In this document: positions 1 through 8,918 of the stretch, piece by piece
Layout of the letters: every line of letters starts with the position of its first letter
Numbering within the stretch: position 1 is the first letter of the stretch
Source: Caldisericia bacterium
GTDB lineage: Bacteria > Caldisericota > Caldisericia > B22-G15
Direction of reading: 5' to 3'
Assembly (NCBI GenBank): GCA_030018355.1
Contig: JASEFN010000003.1
Location: 83,939-147,938 of the forward strand
Length of the DNA stretch: 64,000 nt
The notes under the pieces: model-generated
Databases searched by the model: none
Seen by the model: only the letters and a program-made list of their open reading frames with translations
Told to the model about the DNA's origin: nothing
Made by a program: the position numbers and the translations under genes

Positions 1-434
1 GAATCATAAATTAAAATTTCTTCACCATTTAAAAAATAAAAATTATCTTTATAAATTTTAAAATCTTTAACTTTATATAAATTCAACTTTTTTAAAAAAT
101 AAAATTTTTTTCCATTATATTTATAAATTTTGCTACTTTCTCTATCAAATAGGTATAAAAATTCATAATTACTTTCAATTAATGCATCTTTTGTCCTTAT
201 TTTTATTTTTTTAATTGGAATATAATATCTACTTAAAACAACAATATAACTTTTATTTACTGAATATATACAACCATCGTAATTTACAAAAGAATGATTA
301 TCATTTAAATATTCCTCATAGTCAACTCTTGGTGATTCATAAATAAATAAACTATTTTCGATTTGTTTTCCTTTTACGCCTTTTATAAAAATTATTAAAA
401 AAATAAATAATAAAAGAATTACTTTTTTACACAT
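1..434 (-). CDS. Partial hypothetical secreted protein or lipoprotein. The N-terminus lies at 434 and the gene runs off the window start.
   Basis: Reverse-strand ATG at 434..432 followed by MCKKVILLLFIFLIIFIKG..., a signal-peptide-like hydrophobic N-terminus. Open to position 1. Not in the ORF track because it is truncated. Confidence 0.35.
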   Translation of the reverse strand, partial: MCKKVILLLFIFLIIFIKGVKGKQIENSLFIYESPRVDYEEYLNDNHSFVNYDGCIYSVNKSYIVVLSRYYIPIKKIKIRTKDALIESNYEFLYLFDRESSKIYKYNGKKFYFLKKLNLYKVKDFKIYKDNFYFLNGEEILIYD

Positions 435-537
435 TTAATAAAATATTATACCATATAAATTCAATAAATACCATGCAAAATTTTCGGCAATATTTCTTTT
501 TATTTAATTTTTTAAAAAATTATAAAAATTTAACCTC

Positions 538-572
538 TTGACAAAATAAAAAATATTATCTATATTAGAATT
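538..572 (+). promoter_or_regulatory. Sigma-70-like promoter upstream of the major pilin gene.
   Basis: TTGACA at about 538-543, a 17-nt spacer, then TATATT. Confidence 0.4.
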
Positions 573-597
573 AGAAAAAAGAAATTTAGTTTTATAT

Positions 598-690
598 TAT
601 ATAGACCAAGAAGGCGAAGATGTCTTCTCTCAAAAGATGGGCGCCATGGGAGAGGACGGAGCCAAGTGGCGCAACCGGCTTGGTCAATTT
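598..690 (+). promoter_or_regulatory. GC-rich structured 5' leader of the pilin gene, a possible riboswitch or cis-regulatory RNA.
   Basis: GACCAAG(604-610)...CTTGGTC(675-681) closing stem around internal GGCGCC/GGCGC repeats and small hairpins. It is a local GC island within an AT-rich genome. Confidence 0.3.
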
Positions 691-737
691 ATTTTTGATT
701 AAAATGGCGCCAAATTTGAAAAAGGAGGTAGAAAACT

Positions 738-1238
738 ATGTGGAGAAGAGGAAAGGGTTTTACCCTTATTGAGTTAATGGTTGTAATCGCAATTATCTTG
801 ATTCTTGCTCTTATTGCTATTCCAGCTTATAGGAATATGCAAAATAGAGCAAGGAAATCAAGAGTTCAGAGTGATTTAAGGACACTCGCAAATGCTCTTC
901 AAATGTTTTACACTGACTGGAATACTTATCCTGTTCAAGAAACTGCTGATAGATTAGTTGCAACCTCAGGTCCAGGAGCAGAACTTACAGGGAGTACTGC
1001 TGCAACAATTAATGTTTCTACAGCGGTAAGTGCAACAGGTGAAAGAGGTGGAATAGTATATATAGAGAAACTTCCAATTGATCCATTTGATCCAGGTAAT
1101 GGTTCTTATTATTATCAAAGTAATCCTAGTGGTACCTCATATGTGTTATATTCTCAGACATCAGCACCTAACGAATATATATATAGAGATTCTGTTGGAA
1201 ATGCTGGTGTAACGACTACAGCTCCAACACCTCCATAA
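738..1238 (+). CDS. Type IV pilin / pseudopilin, the likely major subunit.
   Basis: N-terminus KGFTLIELMVVIAIILILALIAIPAY is a prepilin cleavage/methylation motif with Glu5. Strong RBS AAAGGAGG. Followed by a strong terminator. Confidence 0.85.
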   Translation: MWRRGKGFTLIELMVVIAIILILALIAIPAYRNMQNRARKSRVQSDLRTLANALQMFYTDWNTYPVQETADRLVATSGPGAELTGSTAATINVSTAVSATGERGGIVYIEKLPIDPFDPGNGSYYYQSNPSGTSYVLYSQTSAPNEYIYRDSVGNAGVTTTAPTPP

Positions 1239-1282
1239 TAATTTTTGTTAACTTTTAATACTTGTTGAGTTTAAAGGTTATC

Positions 1283-1320
1283 GGAGGAGAGAGATATCTC
1301 TCTCCTCCAGTTTAAAAAAT
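1283..1320 (+). terminator. Rho-independent terminator.
   Basis: Perfect hairpin GGAGGAGAGAGAT-ATC-TCTCTCCTCC followed by a T/A-rich tract. Confidence 0.7.
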
Positions 1321-1352
1321 TTTAAAGGGGAAATTAAAAGAGGAATTTAATT

Positions 1353-2015
1353 GTGATAATTTTTAAGTTATTTAGAAACAAAAAAGGAATTACCTTAATT
1401 GAAGCAATACTTGCTATTGTAATTTTTGTTTTTCCAATCTTTGCTACTCTATCTACTATAACTTTTTTATATCAACAAACACGTAATAGAAATCTTGAAT
1501 TACTTGCTGAAAATTTATGTAATTATATTTTAGAGGATTTGAGGGGTAGAAAATTTTATTATTATGAGGGAGAGGTGGGAGTAACTGAACAAAATAATCT
1601 TCAAAGGTTATATGAAGTTTTACCACAAGAAGAAATTTTGCCAGACGGTTCTGATCCTTTTGGTTATCCTGGAGAAAGAATAATGAAATATTCATGTATT
1701 AATGATACAATTTATGATACTGCTATTTATAATGAGAATAATCCATCATATACTTATCCATATGTTATTTTTCCTTCTGATGATTCAAGAAAATTTTATA
1801 ATATATTTAAAGTTGAACTTTATATAACAAGATTTATTAATGCCAATGTAAATGAACCAATCGAAAATGTTGATCCATATAAATTCATTTATAAAATAGA
1901 TGTTGTTTTATTAATTGAAGATCCTAAAAGTTCTTATACAAATTTAAAAGGAACTGTGTATGGTTGGAAAAGATTCACAGTAGCATCAACTGAGGTAACA
2001 TACCATGATCCGTAA
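1353..2015 (+). CDS. Prepilin-type minor pilin (GTG start).
   Basis: KGITLIEAILAIVIFVF N-terminal motif with an RBS upstream. Confidence 0.6.
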   Translation: MIIFKLFRNKKGITLIEAILAIVIFVFPIFATLSTITFLYQQTRNRNLELLAENLCNYILEDLRGRKFYYYEGEVGVTEQNNLQRLYEVLPQEEILPDGSDPFGYPGERIMKYSCINDTIYDTAIYNENNPSYTYPYVIFPSDDSRKFYNIFKVELYITRFINANVNEPIENVDPYKFIYKIDVVLLIEDPKSSYTNLKGTVYGWKRFTVASTEVTYHDP

Positions 2016-2556
2016 AAGACTTGGTTTTACTTTGATAGAACTTATGATATCTATTGCAATTTTTTCTGTAATTTTAGTTGGTATATATCCTATTTTTACT
2101 CAAATTACTACATTTAATCAAGAGAATTATATAAGAACTGCTCTTATAGATAATTTAAGAGCAGGGATGGATAGATTGATAAGGGAATTAAGAGAAGCAA
2201 CATCGGTAGAATTAGAGAATAATTTAATTCAAGATAATTATATAATATTTTCTCACCCAAATCCAAATTCTCCAAGTGGGATAGAGACAGTTAAATATGA
2301 ACTTACCACATCATCTTATTCAATCAGTTTTTTTCCTCAAGGAAAAGAGATCAAAAGATATGTTTATAATAGTACAACCAATTCATGGGAAGGTGGAAAT
2401 CCAGTTACTGAACCTACGATTTACTCATTAAAATTTTTAAGAGTTGGTCAAATTATTAAGATAGAAATAATTTCAAAAGTGCAATTAAGACTAAAAAAAG
2501 CACCACAAGATTATATTTATTTAGCTAATGTAACGGTTAGAAACCCATTACCTTAA
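2005..2556 (+). CDS. Prepilin-type minor pilin.
   Basis: LGFTLIELMISIAIFSVIL N-terminus. It overlaps the upstream gene end, indicating an operon. Confidence 0.7.
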   Translation: MIRKRLGFTLIELMISIAIFSVILVGIYPIFTQITTFNQENYIRTALIDNLRAGMDRLIRELREATSVELENNLIQDNYIIFSHPNPNSPSGIETVKYELTTSSYSISFFPQGKEIKRYVYNSTTNSWEGGNPVTEPTIYSLKFLRVGQIIKIEIISKVQLRLKKAPQDYIYLANVTVRNPLP

Positions 2557-2589
2557 TATAAATTTAATTATAAAGAAAGGAGGAAAGAT

Positions 2590-4983
2590 ATGTATAAAAA
2601 AAGAAATGGATTTGCATTAATTACTGTGTTAATCATATCAACTATTCTATTTGGTGTAATAGGCTTCACTTTTATTGCTGCTAATAGAAATTTAAATTTA
2701 AAAACAATTCTTCATCTTTCAAAAACCTCTTTAACAACCGCTGATGCTGGACTTGAAGAGATCATAAGAGAGATTCAGAGTAGTCATTTTGATAACATAG
2801 GATTATATTTATTAACACAATATATAAAAGGTTTAGATTCAACACCAGCCCTTTATAATTACTATCCTGATTTCTTCAAAGATCCAAGAAATGGTAATTA
2901 CATTTTAACAAGAGCAAAATATTTTATGGATTTTGATTATTATACACTTGATAGCGTAGGTAATCCTGTTCCAATGAAAATTGTTAATTGGAACGATTCT
3001 AATTCAAATGGACTTGCAGATGAAGGTGAATATATTTCTAAAGTGGTTGTAGAACCAAATGAAATTAAAGTTGTGGAAAGTGTCACAAGATTTATAGAAA
3101 ATTTGGCAAGACCTCAAGATGATTCAAAAATAACTGAAATTACTAATGATATTCAAAATGCATATAACACATGGATGACATATCTATGGGGTCTAAACTG
3201 GAATGAGGGGTTTAAAACAACTGACACAGGCGTAAATCTTGGAAAAATGGAAGAGATGATAAGTAAAATTGGTGGTAATGATTTAGTTGCTGATTGTTCA
3301 GGAATTAATATAAATGATGTAGTTAAACCATATGATATTGATCATCCAGCAACAGGTGATACATATGAAGGAATTATTATTCAAACTGCTGGAAAAATTG
3401 ACAGTTCAACAAGTTCGCCACAAAGAGGTTTAATAATTATAACAGCAATTGGTTATTCATTTAGTTCACCAATTCCAAAAGTTGATTATGAAAATATAAT
3501 TAAACCAAGACTTACACTTGTATGTCCAAGACCAAGTGACCCCGAATATCCAGATCACTATTTAAATGTTCTTGATATCGATGCTATTAATAACTCTCTC
3601 AAACTTGCAGGTGTTAGATATAGAATTACTCCGATGAAAAGAGGAATTAGGGGTGAATTTGAAGTAAAATATGAGGCGCCACCAAATTCAATAATTCAAT
3701 TATTAAGAGAATCAGAGACAGTGCAAACAATATCATATCAAGACCAGGTTAGTTTTTCAGATTATCTTGTTGCATCAAATGACACAATAAATTTTGGATA
3801 TGATGAAGAAGTTCATGGTCCAATTAGAAGTAATGGCAACATAAACTTTTCTGGAGAAATTTGGGGCACAATAACTGCAAATGATTATGTTTGGGATTAT
3901 ATAACATTTGGTCCTTATGCAAATCAACATACAGGTGGCTTTCATTTTTATTATAATGGTACAGAATATAAAGTGGAACCTTTTAAAAATACAACCCAAA
4001 ATAATCCTTCGTATACTATTGCAAATATTTATCCTTCATTAGTTTATAATGGGGTGACATATACCACTGTGAAAATTGTTCAAGCACCAGACCAAAAGAC
4101 ATATTATGTAGATTTACCACCATTTAATTCACCATTAAACAATATCGGACCTGAAGATGTAAAGGTTTATTCACAATTACAACCTAATATGGATTTTTCA
4201 AGAGTTCAAACATCTGGAAATCAAATAAAAACAATTGCACAACAAACTGGTTATTATTTTAACGGAACAAGTACACCAGTTGAGTTGCATTTTCTTGAAA
4301 ATGGCACAATTCAAATAAAAGAGGGGAATGGACCAACAAGAATAATTCCAATGCCAACAAATTATCCTGTTACCCTTCCAGATGGAACAGTATATCAAGG
4401 AGGAGTTATTTATGTTCAAGGTGATGTTACTGTTAGAGGCAAAGTTAATGGAAGAGTAACTGTTTATGCATCGGATGATATATGGATAATGTCTGATTTA
4501 ACATATGTTCACCCTGCTGTTACAGATCCAAATCAAGTACCAAATTATATTCCTGATGCACTTGGTTTAATTGCTTATGATGATGTCTTTATACATAAAA
4601 ATGCTCCAGAACACTTAAGAATTGATGCAGCAGTTTTAGCACAAACTGGTTCTTTTGGGATAGATCCAAACGCTAATTGGCATCCATATAATCCAAATGG
4701 ACATGTTCTTGATTTTAGAGGTTCTCAAACTTTCTATTCATCAGATAATGCACCAGCGATTGTAAGTGGCAGTAGAGTGAAAGGATATGAAACTCAATTG
4801 ACTTATTATGATTATAACTTACAAAGAGCAAGACCACCCCTATTCCCAACTATTGGAGATGAAGTTATAACAAGAATAGCAATTACCAACACTCAAACAT
4901 ACGATGAAATAAATTTAGTTGGACCACTTAAATCAACACTTTTTGGTAGAATTCTCTGGCGTGAAATGGTAAACCCTCCATAA
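2590..4983 (+). CDS. Large (797 aa) pilin-like protein, a putative pilus-tip or adhesin minor pilin of the PilX/GspK-like class.
   Basis: NGFALITVLIISTILFGV pseudopilin-like N-terminus, then a long Asn/Thr/Tyr-rich extracellular-type domain. RBS AAGGAGG. Confidence 0.55.
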   Translation: MYKKRNGFALITVLIISTILFGVIGFTFIAANRNLNLKTILHLSKTSLTTADAGLEEIIREIQSSHFDNIGLYLLTQYIKGLDSTPALYNYYPDFFKDPRNGNYILTRAKYFMDFDYYTLDSVGNPVPMKIVNWNDSNSNGLADEGEYISKVVVEPNEIKVVESVTRFIENLARPQDDSKITEITNDIQNAYNTWMTYLWGLNWNEGFKTTDTGVNLGKMEEMISKIGGNDLVADCSGININDVVKPYDIDHPATGDTYEGIIIQTAGKIDSSTSSPQRGLIIITAIGYSFSSPIPKVDYENIIKPRLTLVCPRPSDPEYPDHYLNVLDIDAINNSLKLAGVRYRITPMKRGIRGEFEVKYEAPPNSIIQLLRESETVQTISYQDQVSFSDYLVASNDTINFGYDEEVHGPIRSNGNINFSGEIWGTITANDYVWDYITFGPYANQHTGGFHFYYNGTEYKVEPFKNTTQNNPSYTIANIYPSLVYNGVTYTTVKIVQAPDQKTYYVDLPPFNSPLNNIGPEDVKVYSQLQPNMDFSRVQTSGNQIKTIAQQTGYYFNGTSTPVELHFLENGTIQIKEGNGPTRIIPMPTNYPVTLPDGTVYQGGVIYVQGDVTVRGKVNGRVTVYASDDIWIMSDLTYVHPAVTDPNQVPNYIPDALGLIAYDDVFIHKNAPEHLRIDAAVLAQTGSFGIDPNANWHPYNPNGHVLDFRGSQTFYSSDNAPAIVSGSRVKGYETQLTYYDYNLQRARPPLFPTIGDEVITRIAITNTQTYDEINLVGPLKSTLFGRILWREMVNPP

Positions 4984-4995
4984 ATATAACTTTTA

Positions 4996-5025
4996 GGGGG
5001 TGATAAATTTCACCCCCAGTTTAAT
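4996..5025 (+). terminator. Rho-independent terminator.
   Basis: GGGGGTGA-TAAATT-TCACCCCC hairpin followed by an AT-rich run. Confidence 0.65.
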
Positions 5026-5030
5026 AAGAA

Positions 5031-5555
5031 ATGAATAAAAAAGGATTTACAATAATTGAATTAGTGGTAACTTTAGCAGTTCTACTTGTTTTAATAGGTG
5101 GAGTTGTATATATTTCTCCAAGATTTATAATGAGGCAAAAATTAAAAAATAATGCATGGCAAGTTTTAAATGATATTAAAGAGGTTCAGGAAAGAGCAAG
5201 GGCACAACTTGAAAGATTAAGAATTGAATTTGATATAGATAATGGAACTTATAGATATGAAAAAAGGAAAAATGCTTTTGAGAGTGGATCAAATGAGAAT
5301 GTTGTGACTAAAAAACTTGATTTAAGAATAAATTTTAAAAGCATAAGAATTGGAAATACTACCTATGGAGCAGGAATTGCAACTTATATGTATGATGAAT
5401 GGGGGGCACCAAAAAAAGTTGATAACACAGATCCTGGCGAAATTTTAATTATTATAGAGACCCCAAGTTTAAAAAATAGTGAAGGACAAAATTTATCTAT
5501 TGAAATAACTGTTGCCCCAGGAACAGGTGCTCTTCGCATGTTTGGTCCAAAATAA
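5031..5555 (+). CDS. Prepilin-type pilin.
   Basis: KGFTIIELVVTLAVLLVL N-terminus. Confidence 0.7.
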   Translation: MNKKGFTIIELVVTLAVLLVLIGGVVYISPRFIMRQKLKNNAWQVLNDIKEVQERARAQLERLRIEFDIDNGTYRYEKRKNAFESGSNENVVTKKLDLRINFKSIRIGNTTYGAGIATYMYDEWGAPKKVDNTDPGEILIIIETPSLKNSEGQNLSIEITVAPGTGALRMFGPK

Positions 5556-5588
5556 GTCATATTAAATTTAGGATGTTATAATTTATTT

Positions 5589-6002
5589 GTGAGAAGAGAT
5601 AAAAAAGAAGAAGCAAAAAGATGGATTTTACAAGCAATAGATGAATATAATGATGCAGAAGAATTAAGAAAATTAAATAAATTTTATTTAGCACTTTTTC
5701 ATTTTCAACAAGCAGTTGAAAAAGCGCTAAAAGGATTTTTATATTTTAAAACTGGTTCTATTCATCACTTTTTTACACACTCGATTGATGATTTATTAAT
5801 ACAAGCAATAAATTTTGATAAAGAATTTGAAAATTATAAAGATTCAAAAAAATTAGATAAATATTATATACCTACAAGATATCCTAATGGTCTTCCTGGT
5901 GGAATTCCTTCAAGATTTTTTGATGACCCTGAAGAAGCACTTGAAGCATCTAAAATTGCAAAGAAAATTATTTATTTTATTAAGGATAAATTAGATTTAT
6001 GA
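5589..6002 (+). CDS. HEPN-domain protein, the putative toxin partner of the adjacent MNT.
   Basis: About 137 aa and alpha-helical, with YIPTRYP near the C-terminus, typical of the HEPN (PF05168) family. Its stop overlaps the nucleotidyltransferase start. Confidence 0.6.
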   Translation: MRRDKKEEAKRWILQAIDEYNDAEELRKLNKFYLALFHFQQAVEKALKGFLYFKTGSIHHFFTHSIDDLLIQAINFDKEFENYKDSKKLDKYYIPTRYPNGLPGGIPSRFFDDPEEALEASKIAKKIIYFIKDKLDL

Positions 6003-6349
6003 ATCTTTTAGATTTTATAAAAAAAGAGAAATTAAAAAGAAAAAAGTTATTAGAAAAAAATTTAAAGAAGATAATTTCACAATTAAAAAAAATAGGTGCA
6101 TTAAAAATTTATCTTTTCGGTTCTTTTTCAAGAGGTGATATAGATATTTATAGCGATATTGATTTATTTATTGTTATGCCTGAAGATAAAAGTGGAAAAG
6201 AGTGGTTAGATATAATATATGAATCTATTGAAAAAGATGTTGCAGTTGATTTTATTGTTTTCAATAAAAAAGAATTTGAATATGAAAAAGATTTTAATCC
6301 TTTAATAATTAATATACTTGAAAATGGCAAATTAATTTATTCAAAATGA
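5999..6349 (+). CDS. Minimal nucleotidyltransferase (MNT) of a HEPN/MNT pair.
   Basis: GSFSRGDIDIYSDIDL, the classic G-S-x(9-13)-D-x-D NTase motif. Confidence 0.8.
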   Translation: MNLLDFIKKEKLKRKKLLEKNLKKIISQLKKIGALKIYLFGSFSRGDIDIYSDIDLFIVMPEDKSGKEWLDIIYESIEKDVAVDFIVFNKKEFEYEKDFNPLIINILENGKLIYSK

Positions 6350-6419
6350 TAAAATAACATCTTGAAATAAAAATTCAATTTTTGTTAAAATAATAAAAAT
6401 AATTTTTTGGAGTTATTTT

Positions 6420-7082
6420 GTGTTTAAAAAATTTAATGGATTTACAATAATAGAACTTATTGTTGTTATTACAATTCTTTCGATAATTTCAATGGGTATA
6501 ATTTATCTTTCTCCAACTCTTATTGCTACTCAAAAATTAAGAAATGATGCATGGCAACTTGTTAATGATTTAAGAGAGGTTCAGGTAAGAGCAATGGCAC
6601 AACTTGAAAAGTTAAAAATCAATTTTTATGTTTATAATCCAAGTACACCAGAATTAAATAATATTTATGTATTTGAATTAAGAGAAGGTGCAATTCAAAA
6701 TGCATATAATGTGGGAAAAGATATTGTTTATATTATTAATCATCCAGGCGAGTTTCCAAATATTGTTGTAAGAAAATTTAGCAAAAATATAGGTTTTCCA
6801 TACTCATTTGGATATACTCAGGGAATTACAACAGACGATGGTTTAGGTAGTGCAAATTCTGTTGTTTTTGGAACTCAATCATCTCCAATCTCTTATTTTG
6901 TTTCATTTTCTTTCAATGAATGGGGAAATCCATCTCAAGGAGGTCATATAAATTTAATTTCTAATAATTTACTTGGAAAAACAAAAGATTCAAAAGGCAA
7001 CAGATTACCAAAAGTTATAACAATTTACATAACACCAGCAACTGGTCGCATAAGATTTGTTGGACCTCGTGATTGGAATTAA
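6420..7082 (+). CDS. Prepilin-type pilin (GTG start).
   Basis: NGFTIIELIVVITILS N-terminus. It resembles the protein encoded at 5031-5555, especially in the N-terminal segment (LRNDAWQLVNDLREVQ vs LKNNAWQVLNDIKEVQ). Confidence 0.7.
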   Translation: MFKKFNGFTIIELIVVITILSIISMGIIYLSPTLIATQKLRNDAWQLVNDLREVQVRAMAQLEKLKINFYVYNPSTPELNNIYVFELREGAIQNAYNVGKDIVYIINHPGEFPNIVVRKFSKNIGFPYSFGYTQGITTDDGLGSANSVVFGTQSSPISYFVSFSFNEWGNPSQGGHINLISNNLLGKTKDSKGNRLPKVITIYITPATGRIRFVGPRDWN

Positions 7083-7084
7083 TC

Positions 7085-7117
7085 ATGTTACAAAGGTGCC
7101 TGACACCATTGTAACAT
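7085..7117. repeat. Palindromic repeat copy A (ATGTTACAAAGGTGCCTGACACCATTGTAACAT).
   Basis: Near-perfect 33-bp inverted repeat directly read from the sequence. It belongs to a five-copy family in the window. Confidence 0.8.
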
Positions 7118-7162
7118 GGGTTTTTATTGACAAAAGCGTAGTTTATGATATAAAATGAAGTT

Positions 7163-7236
7163 GGGTGCGGGGTCAAGGGGAGCCCGACTTTAGGGATGAG
7201 GTCTTTGGAAAAAAAGATAAGTGACCTTCCGCACCC
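7163..7236. ncRNA. Candidate small structured RNA of unknown class.
   Basis: GGGTGCGG+GGTCA ... TGACC+CCGCACCC long-range stem enclosing a CCC-GACTTTA-GGG hairpin. It is a GC island in an otherwise AT-rich intergenic region and is flanked by palindromic repeats. No ORF. Confidence 0.25.
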
Positions 7237-7266
7237 TTAAATATTTTTAGTTCAAGATTTTAAAAA

Positions 7267-7299
7267 ATGTTAAAATTGTGTCTGACACTTTTGTAACAT
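7267..7299. repeat. Palindromic repeat copy B.
   Basis: ATGTTAAAATTGTGTCTGACACTTTTGTAACAT. Confidence 0.75.
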
Positions 7300-7300
7300 G

Positions 7301-7333
7301 ATGTTAAAATCGTGTCTGACACTATTGTAACAT
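7301..7333. repeat. Palindromic repeat copy C, in tandem with copy B.
   Basis: ATGTTAAAATCGTGTCTGACACTATTGTAACAT. Confidence 0.75.
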
Positions 7334-7334
7334 G

Positions 7335-8141
7335 TTAGATTTCGAGATTGAGAGATTTTAATATAAATTTTATAACATCATCTGCTTTTCTTTCATCAGA
7401 AATAGAAATTAGATCTTGTTTAAGTTTTTTTAAATTTTCTCTAAATAGATTAAAATCTTGCATACCCTTTGGAATATGATATGTAAGATAATATAGACCC
7501 TTTGGCCCAATATTTTTATCTATATATTCGGAGAATTTTTCATAAAGGTAATTTGGTATATTTATTAATTTGTCTGATTTTTTAAGTAAACCAACTGAAA
7601 GGAGAGCATAAAGTATCTTTATAACTTTTGTTTCAGGCAAAATTGTATTTTTCATTGCATCTTCTATACTAATTGGATTCATAAATAGATACATTACATG
7701 CCACTCATCAGGAGAAAGTTCAATGTTGTTTTCAGGAGCATTTGGATTCATTTCAATTATTGTATATCTTGGAGGTATCTTTTTATAAAGATCTTTTGTC
7801 TCATCTGCAGTTCTTATTGCATCAATCATTAGAACATCAATTGATTTTGTAATTTTTTGAGGGGTATCAATTTCTTTTAATTTAAATGAAAAAGTCCCCT
7901 CATCTATTAAAAAAAGTGAATAAAATGCCTCTTCACCAGTTAAATTTCCACAAAATGCATCATAAACTTTTCCTTTTACAATATGAATTTCACCCTTTAT
8001 CTCCTCAACCCCTTTTTTACCTTGAATATATAATATACCAGTTTTTCCTGAATTAGAAAGAAGTGTTAAAACATCAACAATAGGAAAAGTTTCAATATTT
8101 CCCTCAATAGCCATTCTGATAACCTCCTTTTTAAATTTCAA
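7335..8141 (-). CDS. DUF4388-like domain protein, a possible signalling or receiver-like protein.
   Basis: N-terminal GNIETFPIVDVLTLLSNSGKTGILYI resembles the DUF4388 family. Weak call. Confidence 0.35.
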   Translation of the reverse strand: MKFKKEVIRMAIEGNIETFPIVDVLTLLSNSGKTGILYIQGKKGVEEIKGEIHIVKGKVYDAFCGNLTGEEAFYSLFLIDEGTFSFKLKEIDTPQKITKSIDVLMIDAIRTADETKDLYKKIPPRYTIIEMNPNAPENNIELSPDEWHVMYLFMNPISIEDAMKNTILPETKVIKILYALLSVGLLKKSDKLINIPNYLYEKFSEYIDKNIGPKGLYYLTYHIPKGMQDFNLFRENLKKLKQDLISISDERKADDVIKFILKSLNLEI

Positions 8142-8157
8142 TTTTATTATAACAAAA

Positions 8158-8910
8158 TTATTTTAAATATTTTCTTACAAATTCAAGATCTTCCTTTTTA
8201 TCAATATCAATCGCAATTTCTGGATAAGGAATTGGGACTGCCCTCCCCTTTAATTTAATTTTATCAACAACAACTTTCTCGCAATCAGAGAGGGTTACTT
8301 GGTGAAATGCAGCTTTAATTATAAACCAAATTGGAAAAAGAGAAGCAAGACGAAGAGCGGATTTTCTTGCTTCAAAAACAAGTTTTCCAAATTCAATTAC
8401 CTTAGGATATAACTCTTTTCTAATTAAAAAGATATTACCCATTTTAAAATATCCGCCTTTGAGTTTCCAATATGTTCTTTTTGTACCAGGATACTTTTCA
8501 TCAACATCCTTTTTATTATTTACAAGCACATAAAGATAGCAATCTGGGCAAAATTCAAAGCAATAATTTAGAGTTTTTTCATAAATTTCTGATGTAATTA
8601 GAGGAACATCTATTGGAGTAATTAAGGAAAAGGGAAGAGATGCAACATCTGAAATTTTCATTAAATTAAAAATAAAATCATGAGTATCTTCTAAAAAGAG
8701 ATCGACTTTATTAATGTAATCTTTAAAAATCTCTCTATCGCCAATAAGGACTAATTTTTTAATTTGAGGAGTTTCTCTTAATGAATCAATAACCCAATCA
8801 ATCATTTTTTTTGATCCAATTTGAAGGAGTGCCTTATGTGGCACTCCTTCCTCTTTTACCCAATCTTCAAGCCTATCTTGGCCACCTAAAAGTATTGCTT
8901 CAACTTCCAT
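8158..8910 (-). CDS. Nucleotidyltransferase-family protein (MobA-like NTP transferase fold).
   Basis: N-terminal LLGGQDRL...IGSKKMIDWVIDSL resembles the sugar/cofactor nucleotidyltransferase N-terminus. It is in an operon with glmS and glmM. Confidence 0.4.
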   Translation of the reverse strand: MEVEAILLGGQDRLEDWVKEEGVPHKALLQIGSKKMIDWVIDSLRETPQIKKLVLIGDREIFKDYINKVDLFLEDTHDFIFNLMKISDVASLPFSLITPIDVPLITSEIYEKTLNYCFEFCPDCYLYVLVNNKKDVDEKYPGTKRTYWKLKGGYFKMGNIFLIRKELYPKVIEFGKLVFEARKSALRLASLFPIWFIIKAAFHQVTLSDCEKVVVDKIKLKGRAVPIPYPEIAIDIDKKEDLEFVRKYLK

Positions 8911-8918
8911 TTCTCACC

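Noticed and set aside
2590-4983. Labelling the 797-aa pilin-like protein specifically as PilY1.
   Set aside because: I cannot see a PilY1-type C-terminal beta-propeller or calcium-binding motif by eye, so it is kept as a generic large minor pilin or tip adhesin.
7163-7236. Assigning the GC-rich structured element to SRP (4.5S) RNA or tRNA.
   Set aside because: It has no tRNA cloverleaf or T-loop. The conserved SRP domain-IV sequence (GGAAGGAAGCAGCC-like) is not evident. It is left as an unknown class.
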